A DNA stretch of 64,000 bases, from IMG/VR virus record IMGVR_UViG_3300036770_004513. One strand, given 5' to 3'. Below are positions 1 through 10,990 of the stretch, one piece after another. The DNA is from an uncultured virus (IMG/VR IMGVR_UViG_3300036770_004513). Its lineage: Duplodnaviria; Heunggongvirae; Uroviricota; Caudoviricetes. A model generated the notes under the pieces. That model made no database searches. It saw only the letters and a program-made list of their open reading frames with translations, and had not been told where the DNA came from. The first letter of the stretch is position 1, and the number at the start of each line of letters is the position of its first letter. The position numbers and the translations under genes are program-made.

Positions 1-1
1 C

Positions 2-9
2 CATAAATA
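2..9 (+). promoter_or_regulatory. T4-type late promoter (CATAAATA)
   Basis: TAAATA core 21 nt upstream of the ATG at 31. Confidence 0.55.
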
Positions 10-30
10 AATTTAAACGATCTCATTCCA

Positions 31-630
31 ATGAGCAGTCTAATGGATTCTTATTACGAATTGGTTATTGATTATCTTCTTGATGAAGGCCTTGTCGATA
101 ATGAAAAGTCCGCACTCAATATCCTAGAATCAATGAGTGATGAATGGCTTGATGTTATTATTGAGGCAAGCAGAATTGATCGTTATAGAGAAAGGAAGTT
201 CAGACAATCTGAAAGAGAGTTGCCACGTTATAATGCATCAAAAGACATCGCAAGATCAAAATCCCAACGCCGCGATTCAGCTTTTCTTGATCGGGACACC
301 CATCCAGATGAAGAACCTAGAACAAGCACTGATTATAGAGGCAGAATCAAAACCGATCAACTTCGTTCCCAAAGACAAAGAGCCCACCAAGGAGAAAGAA
401 ACAGAGGTAAAAAAAGACCAGGAACAACCCCAGAAGAAAGAAAGTGGGAAAAATTCAGTCCAAACAAACCAAAAAATGTCGCCTTACAAGATCGTAAGAG
501 AGAAGGTTATCCAACAGACATTGCAGCAAGAAAGAATGCATTAATTCGTAAAGGTGAACGTAGAAGATCCCTTCGTCAACAGGCTATCAACTCAATTAGA
601 AGAAGTCTTGGCGGTGGTTATACCGATTAA
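31..630 (+). CDS. cyanomyophage-type hypothetical late protein (acidic N-terminal motif, basic C-terminus)
   Basis: 199-aa ORF; YELVIDYLLDEGLVDNEKSALNILESMSDEW resembles a motif I recall from T4-like cyanophage late proteins; late promoter upstream. Confidence 0.7.
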   Translation: MSSLMDSYYELVIDYLLDEGLVDNEKSALNILESMSDEWLDVIIEASRIDRYRERKFRQSERELPRYNASKDIARSKSQRRDSAFLDRDTHPDEEPRTSTDYRGRIKTDQLRSQRQRAHQGERNRGKKRPGTTPEERKWEKFSPNKPKNVALQDRKREGYPTDIAARKNALIRKGERRRSLRQQAINSIRRSLGGGYTD

Positions 631-773
631 CTCCCCTGAATAGAATAATCTTTCTTATTATAAACAACTTCTTCAAAGGAAACATCAGGTAGATCCCTGT
701 AATGATCTAATTCATCATAAGTCTTATTGAAGGCAATACAGTCTTTATTCTGATAGACGTGATAGAGTGTTTC
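627..773 (-). CDS. small hypothetical protein
   Basis: ORF METLYHVYQNKDCIA...; converges on the 31..630 gene. Confidence 0.45.
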   Translation of the reverse strand, partial: ETLYHVYQNKDCIAFNKTYDELDHYRDLPDVSFEEVVYNKKDYSIQGS

Positions 774-1041
774 CATTTTATTTTGTGAGTAGGTTATAAA
801 GGAATACAATCAGTAGGCCAATAGGAAAGCCAATAAACCGAAAGCATTGTTTAGGGTATCTTATTAGCCAGCCAGCAATAACAACCTTAAAGAAGTCCCA
901 GTATGGTTTTTTGTGCGACCTATTTGTCATTTTTTTCCTGCGGGGATTTTTTTTAAAATAGGGTCCCTTATAATTTTATTCGAAAAGGGGACCCTAGGGG
1001 TTGTTTATTTATTATTTCAAAGGGTCGTTTTATGGGGGATC

Positions 1042-1171
1042 TTATGAATTAATTATGGGGGGATGGGCCTTATTTGGGGGCTTTATGAATTAATTATGGG
1101 GGATGGGGCCTTATTTGGGGGATGGGTCGGCTTTATGAATTAATTATGGGGGATGGGGGCCTTATTTGGGG
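1042..1171. repeat. three G-rich imperfect direct repeats (TTATGAATTAATTATGGGGGnATGGGnCCTTATTTGGGGG)
   Basis: copies start at about 1042, 1083 and 1133 and differ in G-run length; non-coding. Confidence 0.9.
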
Positions 1172-1397
1172 CCTTATGGCCGGTAGGCGCCCCGCCTAAG
1201 GCATAAGGCTATACAAATAACTGTCATTTTTGACTGTTAGCTTATACTGTGAATACGGAATACGGAGCATAAGCTTATACTGACACACCTACCATAAGAC
1301 GGCTTTATTGTCAAGTGGACACTTTATGAACTGTCTTTTTATGGGTATTAAAAAGCCCCCAGATTAACGGGGGCAAGCATAGGCTAACAATTTACCT

Positions 1398-2885
1398 TTA
1401 CAAATCCTTTGCCGGCACAGGTACCAGAGTTAGCCTATTCTTTGCTCGTGTTACTTGCACGTAGCAAAGATTATCCTCCTGCTCAATCTCCCAGGCTTTC
1501 TCTGCCCATTTGGAGGGAGAATAGGTCTCCATTCCGAGAGCAAATACGCGGTCCCATTCCCTACCTTTGGAGCGGTGAATGGTAGAGAGAGTCAAAACCC
1601 TCTGAGATTCCCCTTTTTTAGTATCTCCAAACAGCCCTTCAATGCGGGCGCAGAGAGTAGCGATTGAATCGCTATCATCACACTGCGACATAAACACTTC
1701 CAACGTTTTCACTCGGTCCTCGATACCCTGGCAGCGTGCATTATCTTTCTTTGCTTCATACTTTTTGATCTCAGCTTCCGCCCATTGTGAGAGCTTAACG
1801 TAGAGTTCTCCCACGGTTTTAATACGCTTCCAACGTGTGGCCAACCTAATTAAACCTTGGCCAATCTCCCGGCCTTCCACCTTACAGGCCACATTCTGCC
1901 TCAGCAAACTATAAGCTAACTCCACAAGTGGCTTCGTGAGCCTACAGATAATCACATCATCTTTAGTCGCTTGAGTAGCAATCTCCTGCAAAGTGCAGGA
2001 ATCAACCACCCCATCAGGAGAATCCGGGTGGGATTCGATATGCTTTACCCACTCCTGCGCCACCTTAACTACCTCTTTAGGGCAACGGAATGTCACCGAT
2101 AAAGGTAGAGTTTGTGCCTGAAATTCGCGTTTGATTATATCCAAACTGTCAGCATTGGCACCAGTAAAGCCGAAAATCGCCTGGTGCGGATCGCCAACGG
2201 CCACGAATTGCCCGCCTTTCTTTATCATCTTTTTAACCAACGCCCGCCGCGCGTTGTTAGTATCCTGGGCTTCATCCAAGAAGACATTATCATATTGCCA
2301 CACCTTCAAATTGTGAAGGATAGGGAAATACACCATATCATCGAAGTCGATGATATGCTTAAGGTTGTTACTTTGGCCCAGCAGATACTGGGCCGCGTCG
2401 ATTGCGGTCTCTACTGTATACTTTTCAGGAAGAAGATCCCAGATATTGTGATGCTCACACATTTGAGCCCATACCTTAGGCTCATTGTCGAGAATTGCGC
2501 CGATCGCCCACTGTTTGGCCATCTCAGTGGCCTTTTTAACGAAAGGACGCAAATCTTCATATTCGCCATTGAATTCCTGCTCTGAAATGCGCTCCAATTT
2601 GTATCCGTCAACCTTCACATTGAAGGCGCGACGGATTGAACCCAGGCCGAAGGAATGCACAGTTCCAACGTTACAATTCAGGCCCATTTTCTGGGCTTTC
2701 TGCTCAATCTCCACCTTAATGGCGTGTGAATAGGCACAAATTGCCGATCGGCCCGAAGTAGCCTTTACCATTTCAAAAATGGTTGAAGTCTTACCAGCGC
2801 CTGCTACGGCTTCAACGACAATGGCAGGAGCGCCAGCGGCGACAGCGGCGACAGCGGCAGCTTGCTGGGGGGAGAGGGTTTTCAT
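1398..2885 (-). CDS. UvrD/Rep-family superfamily 1 helicase
   Basis: Walker A AVAGAGKT, motif II FLDEAQD, VGDPHQAIFGF, LSVTFRCP, STIHRSKGREW, YVQVTRAK; start placed at MKTLS because a TACAAT -10 box abuts the upstream ATG. Confidence 0.93.
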   Translation of the reverse strand: MKTLSPQQAAAVAAVAAGAPAIVVEAVAGAGKTSTIFEMVKATSGRSAICAYSHAIKVEIEQKAQKMGLNCNVGTVHSFGLGSIRRAFNVKVDGYKLERISEQEFNGEYEDLRPFVKKATEMAKQWAIGAILDNEPKVWAQMCEHHNIWDLLPEKYTVETAIDAAQYLLGQSNNLKHIIDFDDMVYFPILHNLKVWQYDNVFLDEAQDTNNARRALVKKMIKKGGQFVAVGDPHQAIFGFTGANADSLDIIKREFQAQTLPLSVTFRCPKEVVKVAQEWVKHIESHPDSPDGVVDSCTLQEIATQATKDDVIICRLTKPLVELAYSLLRQNVACKVEGREIGQGLIRLATRWKRIKTVGELYVKLSQWAEAEIKKYEAKKDNARCQGIEDRVKTLEVFMSQCDDSDSIATLCARIEGLFGDTKKGESQRVLTLSTIHRSKGREWDRVFALGMETYSPSKWAEKAWEIEQEDNLCYVQVTRAKNRLTLVPVPAKDL

Positions 2886-3189
2886 TTGAAGGGGAATCCC
2901 TAGGTACCTTGCCATTGTATCACGGCAACGGACAAATAGTGCAAATTCAATTCTCTATACTTTAATGCCGCACAATTTGTTATGTTTTAAAAAATGGACA
3001 GGGTGGGCGTTGGATCAATTATATCGAAAACCGGGGGGTGTGTCTAGTGGTCAGTTTTTAAGGTGTCCACTAGACAGAATGGGTCAGATCGAATAGAATT
3101 ATGACTAACGGGGAAGCTGTCATAATTTTCCCAACAAAGTATAAAAAAGGCAGAGAAGTTAATCTCTGCCCAATAAGGTTATACAAATA

Positions 3190-3498
3190 TCACTCGGTCA
3201 TTGTCACCTTAGGGTAACGTGTGACTGAGCGGATTGTCGCAAATCCGCCACGTTCGAGCGAACGTTTTGCAGCCTTCAAATCCTCCTCCATACAGACAAT
3301 CCTGTACGGATATGAATAGCTTTTACGCTCGCAGATGGAGACCCTGGCAAATGCGCCAGCATAGGAAACCATACCTTCTTCATCCATTGCGATCATCAAA
3401 TGATCGCGCAGGTTTTCGTATGCTGCCGTCGCGGCATCCTTTGCTTCCTTTGCCTCAGCATAGGCGCGGATGAGCGTGTCGAGCTGATGATCGGACAT
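3190..3498 (-). CDS. hypothetical protein
   Basis: ORF between two intergenic cassettes; start at MSDHQ. Confidence 0.7.
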   Translation of the reverse strand: MSDHQLDTLIRAYAEAKEAKDAATAAYENLRDHLMIAMDEEGMVSYAGAFARVSICERKSYSYPYRIVCMEEDLKAAKRSLERGGFATIRSVTRYPKVTMTE

Positions 3499-3735
3499 TG
3501 GCTGGCCGGCTGCGTGGCCGGCTGCGTGGTTGACTCCCATACATTAGTCGCACCATCCGCCCCAGCCCAGCCAGCTTGTGCCACTGGATAAACTGGTTTT
3601 TTTGCTTGACTCCACCGCCAGATCGACTAGACTTAAAACCAACGGGGAAGCTGTCTCTTTTTTATCACTAAAATATAAACTATAAAAAAAGGGATAGCAT
3701 AAGACTACCCCTATAATCTTAACCCAGATACGGTA

Positions 3736-4422
3736 TCACCGGCCAGACAATGCCAGGGTTTGACTACCACCAGCCTGGCGATGTAGGCTGGCATTTGCAC
3801 CAGCATTTGCACCGATTGCGGCACCAACACCAGCAGCACCGGCCATTCTACGGTTACCGAACCTATGCTTCGCGGCTTCGATTGCCGTGATCTCTTTATG
3901 CTCATGATCACCACGAGTCGCCTTCATTTCAATAAGACGATCCCTCACTTTATCAGCAAAAGCCTTATTGAAATTAGTCTTGAATCCTGCCTTATTGAAG
4001 GTAGTGCCCTGAATCTCCGCCAGAATCTGCTCACCTTTGAGAGCTTTTTCTGCCTCCTTTTTCATAGACTCCAGCAGGAAGTCGTAGTATAGTTTAGTCT
4101 GTATTTGCTGCGCCTCTGTGCCGATACACTTAAAAATACTGATTCTGCGGCCCGATGAATAGTCATATTGTGCGTAACCTTTGGCATCATAAAACCGGGC
4201 GACTGCGCAGAATAGAATAAACTCTGCGTCGTTCATTCTGCCGGTTTTATGATGATCCTCTGTTAGGACTGCGGGCGTTGTAGCCTCACTGATTGTCACG
4301 CCATACTTGGCGCAAAGTTTATCAATCATCGCCGCAGCAGCTGCGGATTCTCCCTCAAAATTAGAGGCTTCCTGCAACTTGAGCATTGCGGCGATCTTAT
4401 CGAGAATGGCCTGGCGATCCAT
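3736..4422 (-). CDS. DUF2786-domain protein
   Basis: N-terminal ILDKIAAMLKLQEASNFEGESAAAAAMIDKLCAKYGVT and Gly/Ala-rich C-terminus fit the DUF2786 family pattern. Confidence 0.8.
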   Translation of the reverse strand: MDRQAILDKIAAMLKLQEASNFEGESAAAAAMIDKLCAKYGVTISEATTPAVLTEDHHKTGRMNDAEFILFCAVARFYDAKGYAQYDYSSGRRISIFKCIGTEAQQIQTKLYYDFLLESMKKEAEKALKGEQILAEIQGTTFNKAGFKTNFNKAFADKVRDRLIEMKATRGDHEHKEITAIEAAKHRFGNRRMAGAAGVGAAIGANAGANASLHRQAGGSQTLALSGR

Positions 4423-4628
4423 TGTCGGAATGGTTGACGACTCCCATACAATACAGGCGCCAGATGCGCGATCACGGCCAGCTTGTGCCAGTGGATAAAC
4501 TGACTTTTTTACTTGACACAAGCGCCAGATCGACTAGACTTAAAACCAACGGGGAGGCTGTCCTTCTTTTACACACAAAATATAAACTATAAAAAAGCCC
4601 CCGAATTAACGGAGGCTTGACATAATTA

Positions 4629-5003
4629 TCAGACCCACTGAATGATGATAACTTTACACTGACCCCTGGGATACAGCATAACGCAATCACCCATATCTGC
4701 CTTGTCACACTTTACCCCAGTCCATCCAATTTGCTTTTTGATGTAACGAATCGGATCCCTTTGTTCTGGAATGTATACTGTATGAAGGTCAACCCAACTA
4801 TATTTTGCCTCACCGCCAAATGTGTCGGTGATTGTCACACGAACCTTTGAAACTTTACCCTGAGCATAGAGAAGCTCGGAGTAGTATTCAGTATAACAAG
4901 GAAGTCCATTCTCCCTGATATAACCAGCTGAAATAACTCTGTCCCTTTTGGTTACATCTTGGCTGTGATGCGCGATCAGAGCGGATCCGGTGAGCTTGGC
5001 CAT
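4629..5003 (-). CDS. two-module hypothetical protein
   Basis: N-half resembles 8158..8661, C-half resembles the C-half of 5362..5808. Confidence 0.75.
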   Translation of the reverse strand: MAKLTGSALIAHHSQDVTKRDRVISAGYIRENGLPCYTEYYSELLYAQGKVSKVRVTITDTFGGEAKYSWVDLHTVYIPEQRDPIRYIKKQIGWTGVKCDKADMGDCVMLYPRGQCKVIIIQWV

Positions 5004-5102
5004 TGTCGGATTGGTTGACGACTCACCTAATCTACACCATCTGAGCAGGTTCCGAGCGTTTGATTGATTAGGGTTGATTATGCTTCAGATAAGCTCAGCT
5101 AA

Positions 5103-5303
5103 TCAACCGAGTTTTTCACACAGCCAAACTGAAAAATCTGCAATCTTTTCATTACAGTAAAACGGATCAACTTCACGGGGGATTTGATAATACAAATCTG
5201 GAGACACTGAATATAGATAATTCACCATTGCCTGGCCATACCTTTGTTCAGGATTGCGGAGCCGATAAAGGTCTAGACCTTTCAAATACTCAGAATAAGA
5301 CAT
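5103..5303 (-). CDS. hypothetical protein
   Basis: ORF with QRYGQAMVNYL and DPFY motifs. Confidence 0.65.
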   Translation of the reverse strand: MSYSEYLKGLDLYRLRNPEQRYGQAMVNYLYSVSPDLYYQIPREVDPFYCNEKIADFSVWLCEKLG

Positions 5304-5361
5304 AAGAAAAAGGCGATGGAATGGTTGCCGGTTTTTATACAGAACCGGCAAACTGTATCAC

Positions 5362-5808
5362 TCATTCATAGGCATAATCCGGTTCAATGTACGCTTTTTG
5401 GAGAATACCTACAGGTTCCAACTCAAGATAATGACCACCATCAAACTTGTGGCATCTTACACCACTCCAACCCAACTCATCTTTAACCTTGCGGATGATA
5501 GCAAGGTTGGTCATTTTTCCCGTGATGGGAATTGTAAAATGCTTCAAAGTGTCGTTTGTTTCACCACAAAAAAGACTGTAAAGTGTAACCTCTACGGATG
5601 GCACACGCTCAATATTACTTGAATTGACAAAAAAACCAGAATAATCGGTGATTGCAGCTGCAACCTCATCCTCATCATCAACAACAAAAGTATTACCAAT
5701 GACAGACTTTTGCAGGCTTTTCTGATACTCAGATTCAGTGATTCCGTTTCCCGAAAAGTCTTCGCCTGACAGATCGAAGGAAACGCTGACAATTTTGAAG
5801 GCTGGCAT
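5362..5808 (-). CDS. two-module hypothetical protein
   Basis: N-half resembles 8870..9235, C-half resembles 4629..5003. Confidence 0.75.
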   Translation of the reverse strand: MPAFKIVSVSFDLSGEDFSGNGITESEYQKSLQKSVIGNTFVVDDEDEVAAAITDYSGFFVNSSNIERVPSVEVTLYSLFCGETNDTLKHFTIPITGKMTNLAIIRKVKDELGWSGVRCHKFDGGHYLELEPVGILQKAYIEPDYAYE

Positions 5809-6031
5809 CGGTTGGTTCCGATCACGACTCACCTACTCTACACCATCCGAGCAGGTTCAGAGCGTTTGACTGATTAGAGTTGATTATGCTACTGATAAGC
5901 ACTCCTAATGAACAAACGCTTGACAAAGAATTGATTATTGCTAGAATTGAACCAACACCCACCCTGTCTCTCTTTTACATACAAAAATTAAACAATAAGA
6001 AAAGGGGTGGATAAACCACCCCCTATAAGAA

Positions 6032-6319
6032 TCATTTGAATTCGTTATACAATTCATCGAAATCAACATAGAGATTATCATTAAGATATTTTTCATTTTC
6101 ATCAACACAAGAACACACCAGACAATGGTAATAATTATATCCTTTTACCCAAGAAAGGAACAAATTAAAACATTCGCCAACGGGAATGTTCCCAAGTTTA
6201 CGCTCTTGAAACCACTCGGAATCTTTGACAAAATCTTTTAGACTTTCAAATTCCGATCCAAGATAATAATTGCCAATGACGGAGGCAGATTCCAGAACAG
6301 CTGTTTGGGAGATGGTCAT
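6032..6319 (-). CDS. hypothetical protein
   Basis: ORF in a cassette with its own promoter and terminator. Confidence 0.65.
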   Translation of the reverse strand: MTISQTAVLESASVIGNYYLGSEFESLKDFVKDSEWFQERKLGNIPVGECFNLFLSWVKGYNYYHCLVCSCVDENEKYLNDNLYVDFDELYNEFK

Positions 6320-6525
6320 TTGTGGTTCCCTTTTGGGTTGACGATGTAAGTATGGCACAGCTGAACGGATCTGGCAAGCCCTTAACCCATAAGCACTCCT
6401 GATGGATCAAGTCTTGACAAGGCTTCCCATACTGCTATAATTGACCCAACACCCACCCTGTCTTTCTTTTACATACAAAAATTAAACAATAAGAAAAGGG
6501 ATAGAATAACTCTACCCCTATAATT

Positions 6526-6768
6526 TCACCGTCTTTTTTCTATCATAATCCTTTGCAACCAAAGTATAAACTCTCCTACATCAATTCCAAACTGGCTACC
6601 ATCATCAACCCACTGTGAAGGTAGCCCATAACTACCGAAAAAAGATATTTCTATATCAAATCGCTCTGCAAAATGTCTTGCTGCATCATACGTCATTGCA
6701 TCACAACCTATCGTAAGAGTGTAAACAATGAATGCCTCATTAACAAGTTCTGAGACTAGGAAAGCCAT
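6526..6768 (-). CDS. hypothetical protein
   Basis: 80-aa ORF followed by a cassette terminator. Confidence 0.6.
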   Translation of the reverse strand: MAFLVSELVNEAFIVYTLTIGCDAMTYDAARHFAERFDIEISFFGSYGLPSQWVDDGSQFGIDVGEFILWLQRIMIEKRR

Positions 6769-6840
6769 TTTGGGATGATGGGTGACTGGTGACAGTGTAG
6801 CACGGAAACGGGGCCAGCGACAGCCAGCCCCAAAAGAAGT

Positions 6841-7050
6841 TTATTTAATAACAAATTCCATCAAATACTCCAGGAATTTCATCTCTTTATCGGTAACAAA
6901 GCACCATCCTTCCTTCCTGCAAATTTCATCGGCACAATCTATAACAGAAGCTCCTCCTTGAATCATTGTAGTCACATACGGAATGTGACGCAGAAAAGCA
7001 TACTGATACCTTTTTGCATCTTCCAACTGTGATTCTGTGAGAGCAGGCAT
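6841..7050 (-). CDS. hypothetical protein
   Basis: 69-aa ORF downstream of a CATAAT -10 box. Confidence 0.55.
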   Translation of the reverse strand: MPALTESQLEDAKRYQYAFLRHIPYVTTMIQGGASVIDCADEICRKEGWCFVTDKEMKFLEYLMEFVIK

Positions 7051-7253
7051 CGGAGGAATCCGTGGGACTCCTTAATTATGGCATTATTGGCCAAACTAGG
7101 CAATCACCCCAGGACACTGATTAAAGTGGCACACAGAGGCTCCTAGGGGCCTTAGAATGAGTAGAATAGACAAACGATCGGACTGTGCATAATTTCTCTC
7201 TAACAATAAACAAATAAAAAAGGGATAGCATAAGGCTACCCCTTTAGAATTGA

Positions 7254-7544
7254 TTATGATTTGGAAAACCTAATTAGACCTAATTTGGCCAGTTCTTCAT
7301 CACTTAGTTTATTGATTATTGCATCCGCTTCCTTTAGTTTTTGTTTTTCTTTTTTCTTATTAAGCCAATAAATTTGGCCAAGATTATCAAATTGGTCATA
7401 AACCTCAGAAAAACAAAAAAGTTTTTCGATGTATTGAGCCATTTCGATACGCTCTTCTTCTGTTAAATCTTCATCGACTGGTGGGCATTCAATGAGATAA
7501 GCAAGTACATCGCAGCCAGCAACCATAATCTTTTCGTTAGCCAT
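7254..7544 (-). CDS. hypothetical protein
   Basis: AGGAG RBS before MANEK. Confidence 0.65.
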   Translation of the reverse strand: MANEKIMVAGCDVLAYLIECPPVDEDLTEEERIEMAQYIEKLFCFSEVYDQFDNLGQIYWLNKKKEKQKLKEADAIINKLSDEELAKLGLIRFSKS

Positions 7545-7546
7545 AA

Positions 7547-7765
7547 TCAAATCTCCTTGTTGAGAAAATAAATGAACCAATCGACCTCAATATCCACCCA
7601 CTTAAGGTCTTCGAACGCCCGCTTGAATTTGATAGTCAAATCATCGGAACCGATAGATTCAACAAAGGCGGATAAAGTACCGTAGGAAACTTTACTCTCA
7701 AACTCATGCGTATGTGCAAAAGAAAGATACTCTTCTGCAGCGGAAACAAGATCACGCTTATTCAT
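7547..7765 (-). CDS. hypothetical protein
   Basis: 72-aa ORF translationally coupled to the next gene. Confidence 0.55.
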   Translation of the reverse strand: MNKRDLVSAAEEYLSFAHTHEFESKVSYGTLSAFVESIGSDDLTIKFKRAFEDLKWVDIEVDWFIYFLNKEI

Positions 7766-8157
7766 TTCACTTCACTTCCTTGCTTTTACGGGCCAATTTG
7801 ACTTTTTTGTACTTCTCAGGGCTCCAATAACTTGCAAACTTCTCTTTACCGGCCCCAGTATAATTGGCGCAAGGATTGCCTGCCTTGTGCTGGTGCTTGC
7901 GTTGATCCTTGAATGAGCGTGCCATAATGAATGACAGTGAGGTTGGATGGGGCGGGGATCGTTCCCCCGCTTGAGATTATTATGGCACCATCAGAGGCAT
8001 CTGACAAGCCTTTAACCGATAAGAACTCCTGATGAACAAATGCTTGACAAGGTTTTCAATACTGCTAGAATACAGCCAACGGAGAGACTGTCATAATTTT
8101 TCTAACAAATTATAAACAATAAAAACCCCCAATAATAGGGGGCATTTATTATGTTGA

Positions 8158-8661
8158 TCAGATACGGTTGATTTCCATACCTTCAACAAAAGGAACATCC
8201 TCCCCAACATCTCTAACAAACCATTCTCCTTTTTTCTGGTAAAGATTCATCCCACACAGATGCATAAGGATACGATTCAATCTTGACTTGGTAGTCTTAG
8301 TCTTATATCCGTTACTGTAAATGACAATCTTATCATCATAAATGCGTGCGATAATTTGATCATGAAGCCACACATTCTGACCGCCAATTAAAAAAGGGTT
8401 CACAAGCGTATTCTTATACTTAAATGGCTGCTCATTTTCAATAGCAGCAATCATGTCCATTTCAATCTTTCGCCCTTCAGTAATGCGAGCATTAAACTGT
8501 ACCCTAGCACGAAACAACTCAGTATAATAATTTGTATAAGATGCTTTTTTACCATCCGAACGAAGATAACCTGCCTGGATAATACTATCTGCCAAAGGAT
8601 GAAACCTATCCTGGCAATGGGCATTGTGGTGGTTGAGAAGTGCAGCACCTTTGAGAGCCAT
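8158..8661 (-). CDS. two-module hypothetical protein (TTKSRLN family C-terminus)
   Basis: AGGAGG RBS; C-half paralogous to 12177..12518. Confidence 0.75.
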   Translation of the reverse strand: MALKGAALLNHHNAHCQDRFHPLADSIIQAGYLRSDGKKASYTNYYTELFRARVQFNARITEGRKIEMDMIAAIENEQPFKYKNTLVNPFLIGGQNVWLHDQIIARIYDDKIVIYSNGYKTKTTKSRLNRILMHLCGMNLYQKKGEWFVRDVGEDVPFVEGMEINRI

Positions 8662-8869
8662 CAGGAACCTCCTGTGTGGTTGACGATGTAAGTATGGCAG
8701 AGCAGGCAAAGGAAGTCAACCCATTAACCGATAAGCACTCCTGATGGTTCAAGACTTGACAAAGAATGGATTATTGCTAGAATACAGCCAACGGAGAGAC
8801 TGTCATAATTTTTCTAACAAAGTATAAACAATAAAAGGATAGAATTACTCTATCCTTTTTAATGTAATG

Positions 8870-9235
8870 TTAATTGCGCATTAAATCGGGACAGTTATTT
8901 AGGATTTCTCTAAACAGATCCTCAGTCTCAAATGTTGAATAATCTTCTTCTAGTTGATCGCCAATTATACGCTGCATTTCTTTAATGGACATCCTTTTTA
9001 CCAGGATATCTACATAATCCTCTATAAACTCATCACGCGATTTATCAAGTTTTCTATAACTAATATTTTTAATTCTCCACCCATAATTGGATTCTGAGAC
9101 AACTTCAGAAATTTGATCCTCGCAATCTATCTCAAAAACTTTACCAATCGTATTCTTAGTCACCTTAGACTGAGAATCCTCAGAAAGGGTTGTGTCTGAA
9201 AAGTCAAATTCAATCGCTGTGATTTGGATAAGCAT
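8870..9235 (-). CDS. hypothetical protein
   Basis: N-half paralogous to 5362..5808. Confidence 0.7.
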   Translation of the reverse strand: MLIQITAIEFDFSDTTLSEDSQSKVTKNTIGKVFEIDCEDQISEVVSESNYGWRIKNISYRKLDKSRDEFIEDYVDILVKRMSIKEMQRIIGDQLEEDYSTFETEDLFREILNNCPDLMRN

Positions 9236-9435
9236 TGGATTGGTTGCTTGTGTGGTTGACGATGTAAGTATGGCAGAGCAGGCAAAGGAAGTCAACCCTT
9301 TAATCCATAAGCACTCCTGATGGATCAAGTCTTGACAAAGAATGGATTATTGCTAGAATACAGCCAACGGGGAGGCTGTCATTGTTTTACTTAATTATAA
9401 ACAATAAAAAACCCTGATTGCTCAGGGTAACTTAT

Positions 9436-9768
9436 TCAGTTGTTTACATAGGACATTTCTTCAACAGAAATTGGTGTGATTGTCCCATCATTTTCTGATG
9501 TCTTATGGAGAAGAAAGAAATTCCTTTCTCCATCATTATAATCAGGATTTTGGGTGATCCATCCAACAATACCCTGGAAATCACATTTGGCATCTTTATC
9601 TTGTGCCAAAGAACATAGCCAGGTGCCAGTCTTACGAAGAGCCCACAATCGGGCTTCACCTACCTGCATTTTATCAACTGCAGGAAAGTCGTGATCCGTT
9701 ACATCACTCCAATAATGCTTGACAATAGGCTCAGCAATTTGAACCATCTTTTGTTGGAGAGTAGTCAT
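9436..9768 (-). CDS. hypothetical protein
   Basis: AGGAGG RBS; leader identical to that of 8158..8661. Confidence 0.7.
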   Translation of the reverse strand: MTTLQQKMVQIAEPIVKHYWSDVTDHDFPAVDKMQVGEARLWALRKTGTWLCSLAQDKDAKCDFQGIVGWITQNPDYNDGERNFFLLHKTSENDGTITPISVEEMSYVNN

Positions 9769-9979
9769 CAGGAACCTCCTGTGTGGTTGACGATGTAAGT
9801 ATGGCACAGAACCACCAACCTGGCAACCCTTTAACCCATAAGCACTCCTGATGGTTCAAGTCTTGACAAAACAATCAATACTGCTAGAATTGATCCAACA
9901 CACACTCTGTCTCTCTTTTTCACATAAAAATTAAACAATAAAAAACCCCCAATAATAGGGGGCATTGGATAACTAAAAA

Positions 9980-10321
9980 TCAGGTGACACTTCCATCAAA
10001 ATCTCTTACGGCTTTTGTCCAGGCATTGCAGAATACGGTATCATTTTTCACTTCATCTTTTGTCTGATGATGAAACCGACGATCCCACTCACGGGCAATT
10101 TGAATAGCCTTTTTGAGATTATTGAATTTGCCAGCACTAAAGCCAGTAGGCTTATGGGTGACAGTCCACCTATACAAAAGATCATCTTCTTTTGTGGAAA
10201 GACCAACACCTTCTTCCTTTTTAATCACAAACCGATGAACAGCCAAATTAGAACCATTCCAACGGGTTTGGATTTTAATTTCCCCACTGGTGCCTGTGGC
10301 GATCGTGATGGCGGAGGACAT
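9980..10321 (-). CDS. hypothetical protein
   Basis: ORF in cassette; WTVTHKPTG motif. Confidence 0.65.
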   Translation of the reverse strand: MSSAITIATGTSGEIKIQTRWNGSNLAVHRFVIKKEEGVGLSTKEDDLLYRWTVTHKPTGFSAGKFNNLKKAIQIAREWDRRFHHQTKDEVKNDTVFCNAWTKAVRDFDGSVT

Positions 10322-10518
10322 AAGGAACAATCCTTAACGACCCACTAACAATAACACGGTCCCACCAGCCGGTCAACCCTTTAACCGATAAGAACTCCTG
10401 ATGAACAAATGCTTGACAAGGTTTTCAATACTGCTAGAATACAGCCAACGGGGAGACTGTCATAATTTTTCCAACAAAATATAAACGATAAAAAACCCCC
10501 AATAATAGGGGGCATTTA

Positions 10519-10881
10519 TTATTCAACTTTTATTAAGTTTTTTAGGTTGATCAATGAGTTGAATGTTTGGTGGCTAACCCATTGATCTTCAAAGGCCTCG
10601 ACAATAGATTCGACTTCTTCGTTATCTGTATAATCACAAACGATTTCGTCAGGATCATTCCCCAGCACAATAAACAAAACAACTTGCTGGTTTTCTTTGA
10701 TAAGATTAACCCAAGAATTATCAACAGAAGTGATAAACTCAGATGCTTGTTTCCTTGCATTAAGATTGGAAAGATCCTTCGAGATAAGGTGTTGTTCTTC
10801 CCCATCATTAACGTGGACAATCTTATAACCAGCCTTCTGAAATCGGTTCAAGAGAGAATTGACGGGCTTTGAATAATCCAT
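10519..10881 (-). CDS. hypothetical protein
   Basis: ORF in cassette; VLGNDPDEIVCDY motif. Confidence 0.7.
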   Translation of the reverse strand: MDYSKPVNSLLNRFQKAGYKIVHVNDGEEQHLISKDLSNLNARKQASEFITSVDNSWVNLIKENQQVVLFIVLGNDPDEIVCDYTDNEEVESIVEAFEDQWVSHQTFNSLINLKNLIKVE

Positions 10882-10990
10882 TGGAAACCTTTGGGTTGAC
10901 GATGTAAGTATGGCGCAGCTGATCGGATCTGGCAAGCCTTTAACCGATCAGCAGTGCTTATGATCCAATAATGGGAGTAAGTTAACCGCC

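Noticed and set aside
137..544. 135-aa alternative-frame ORF
   Set aside because: Nested in a different frame within 31..630, which has the promoter-proximal start and a recognisable motif.
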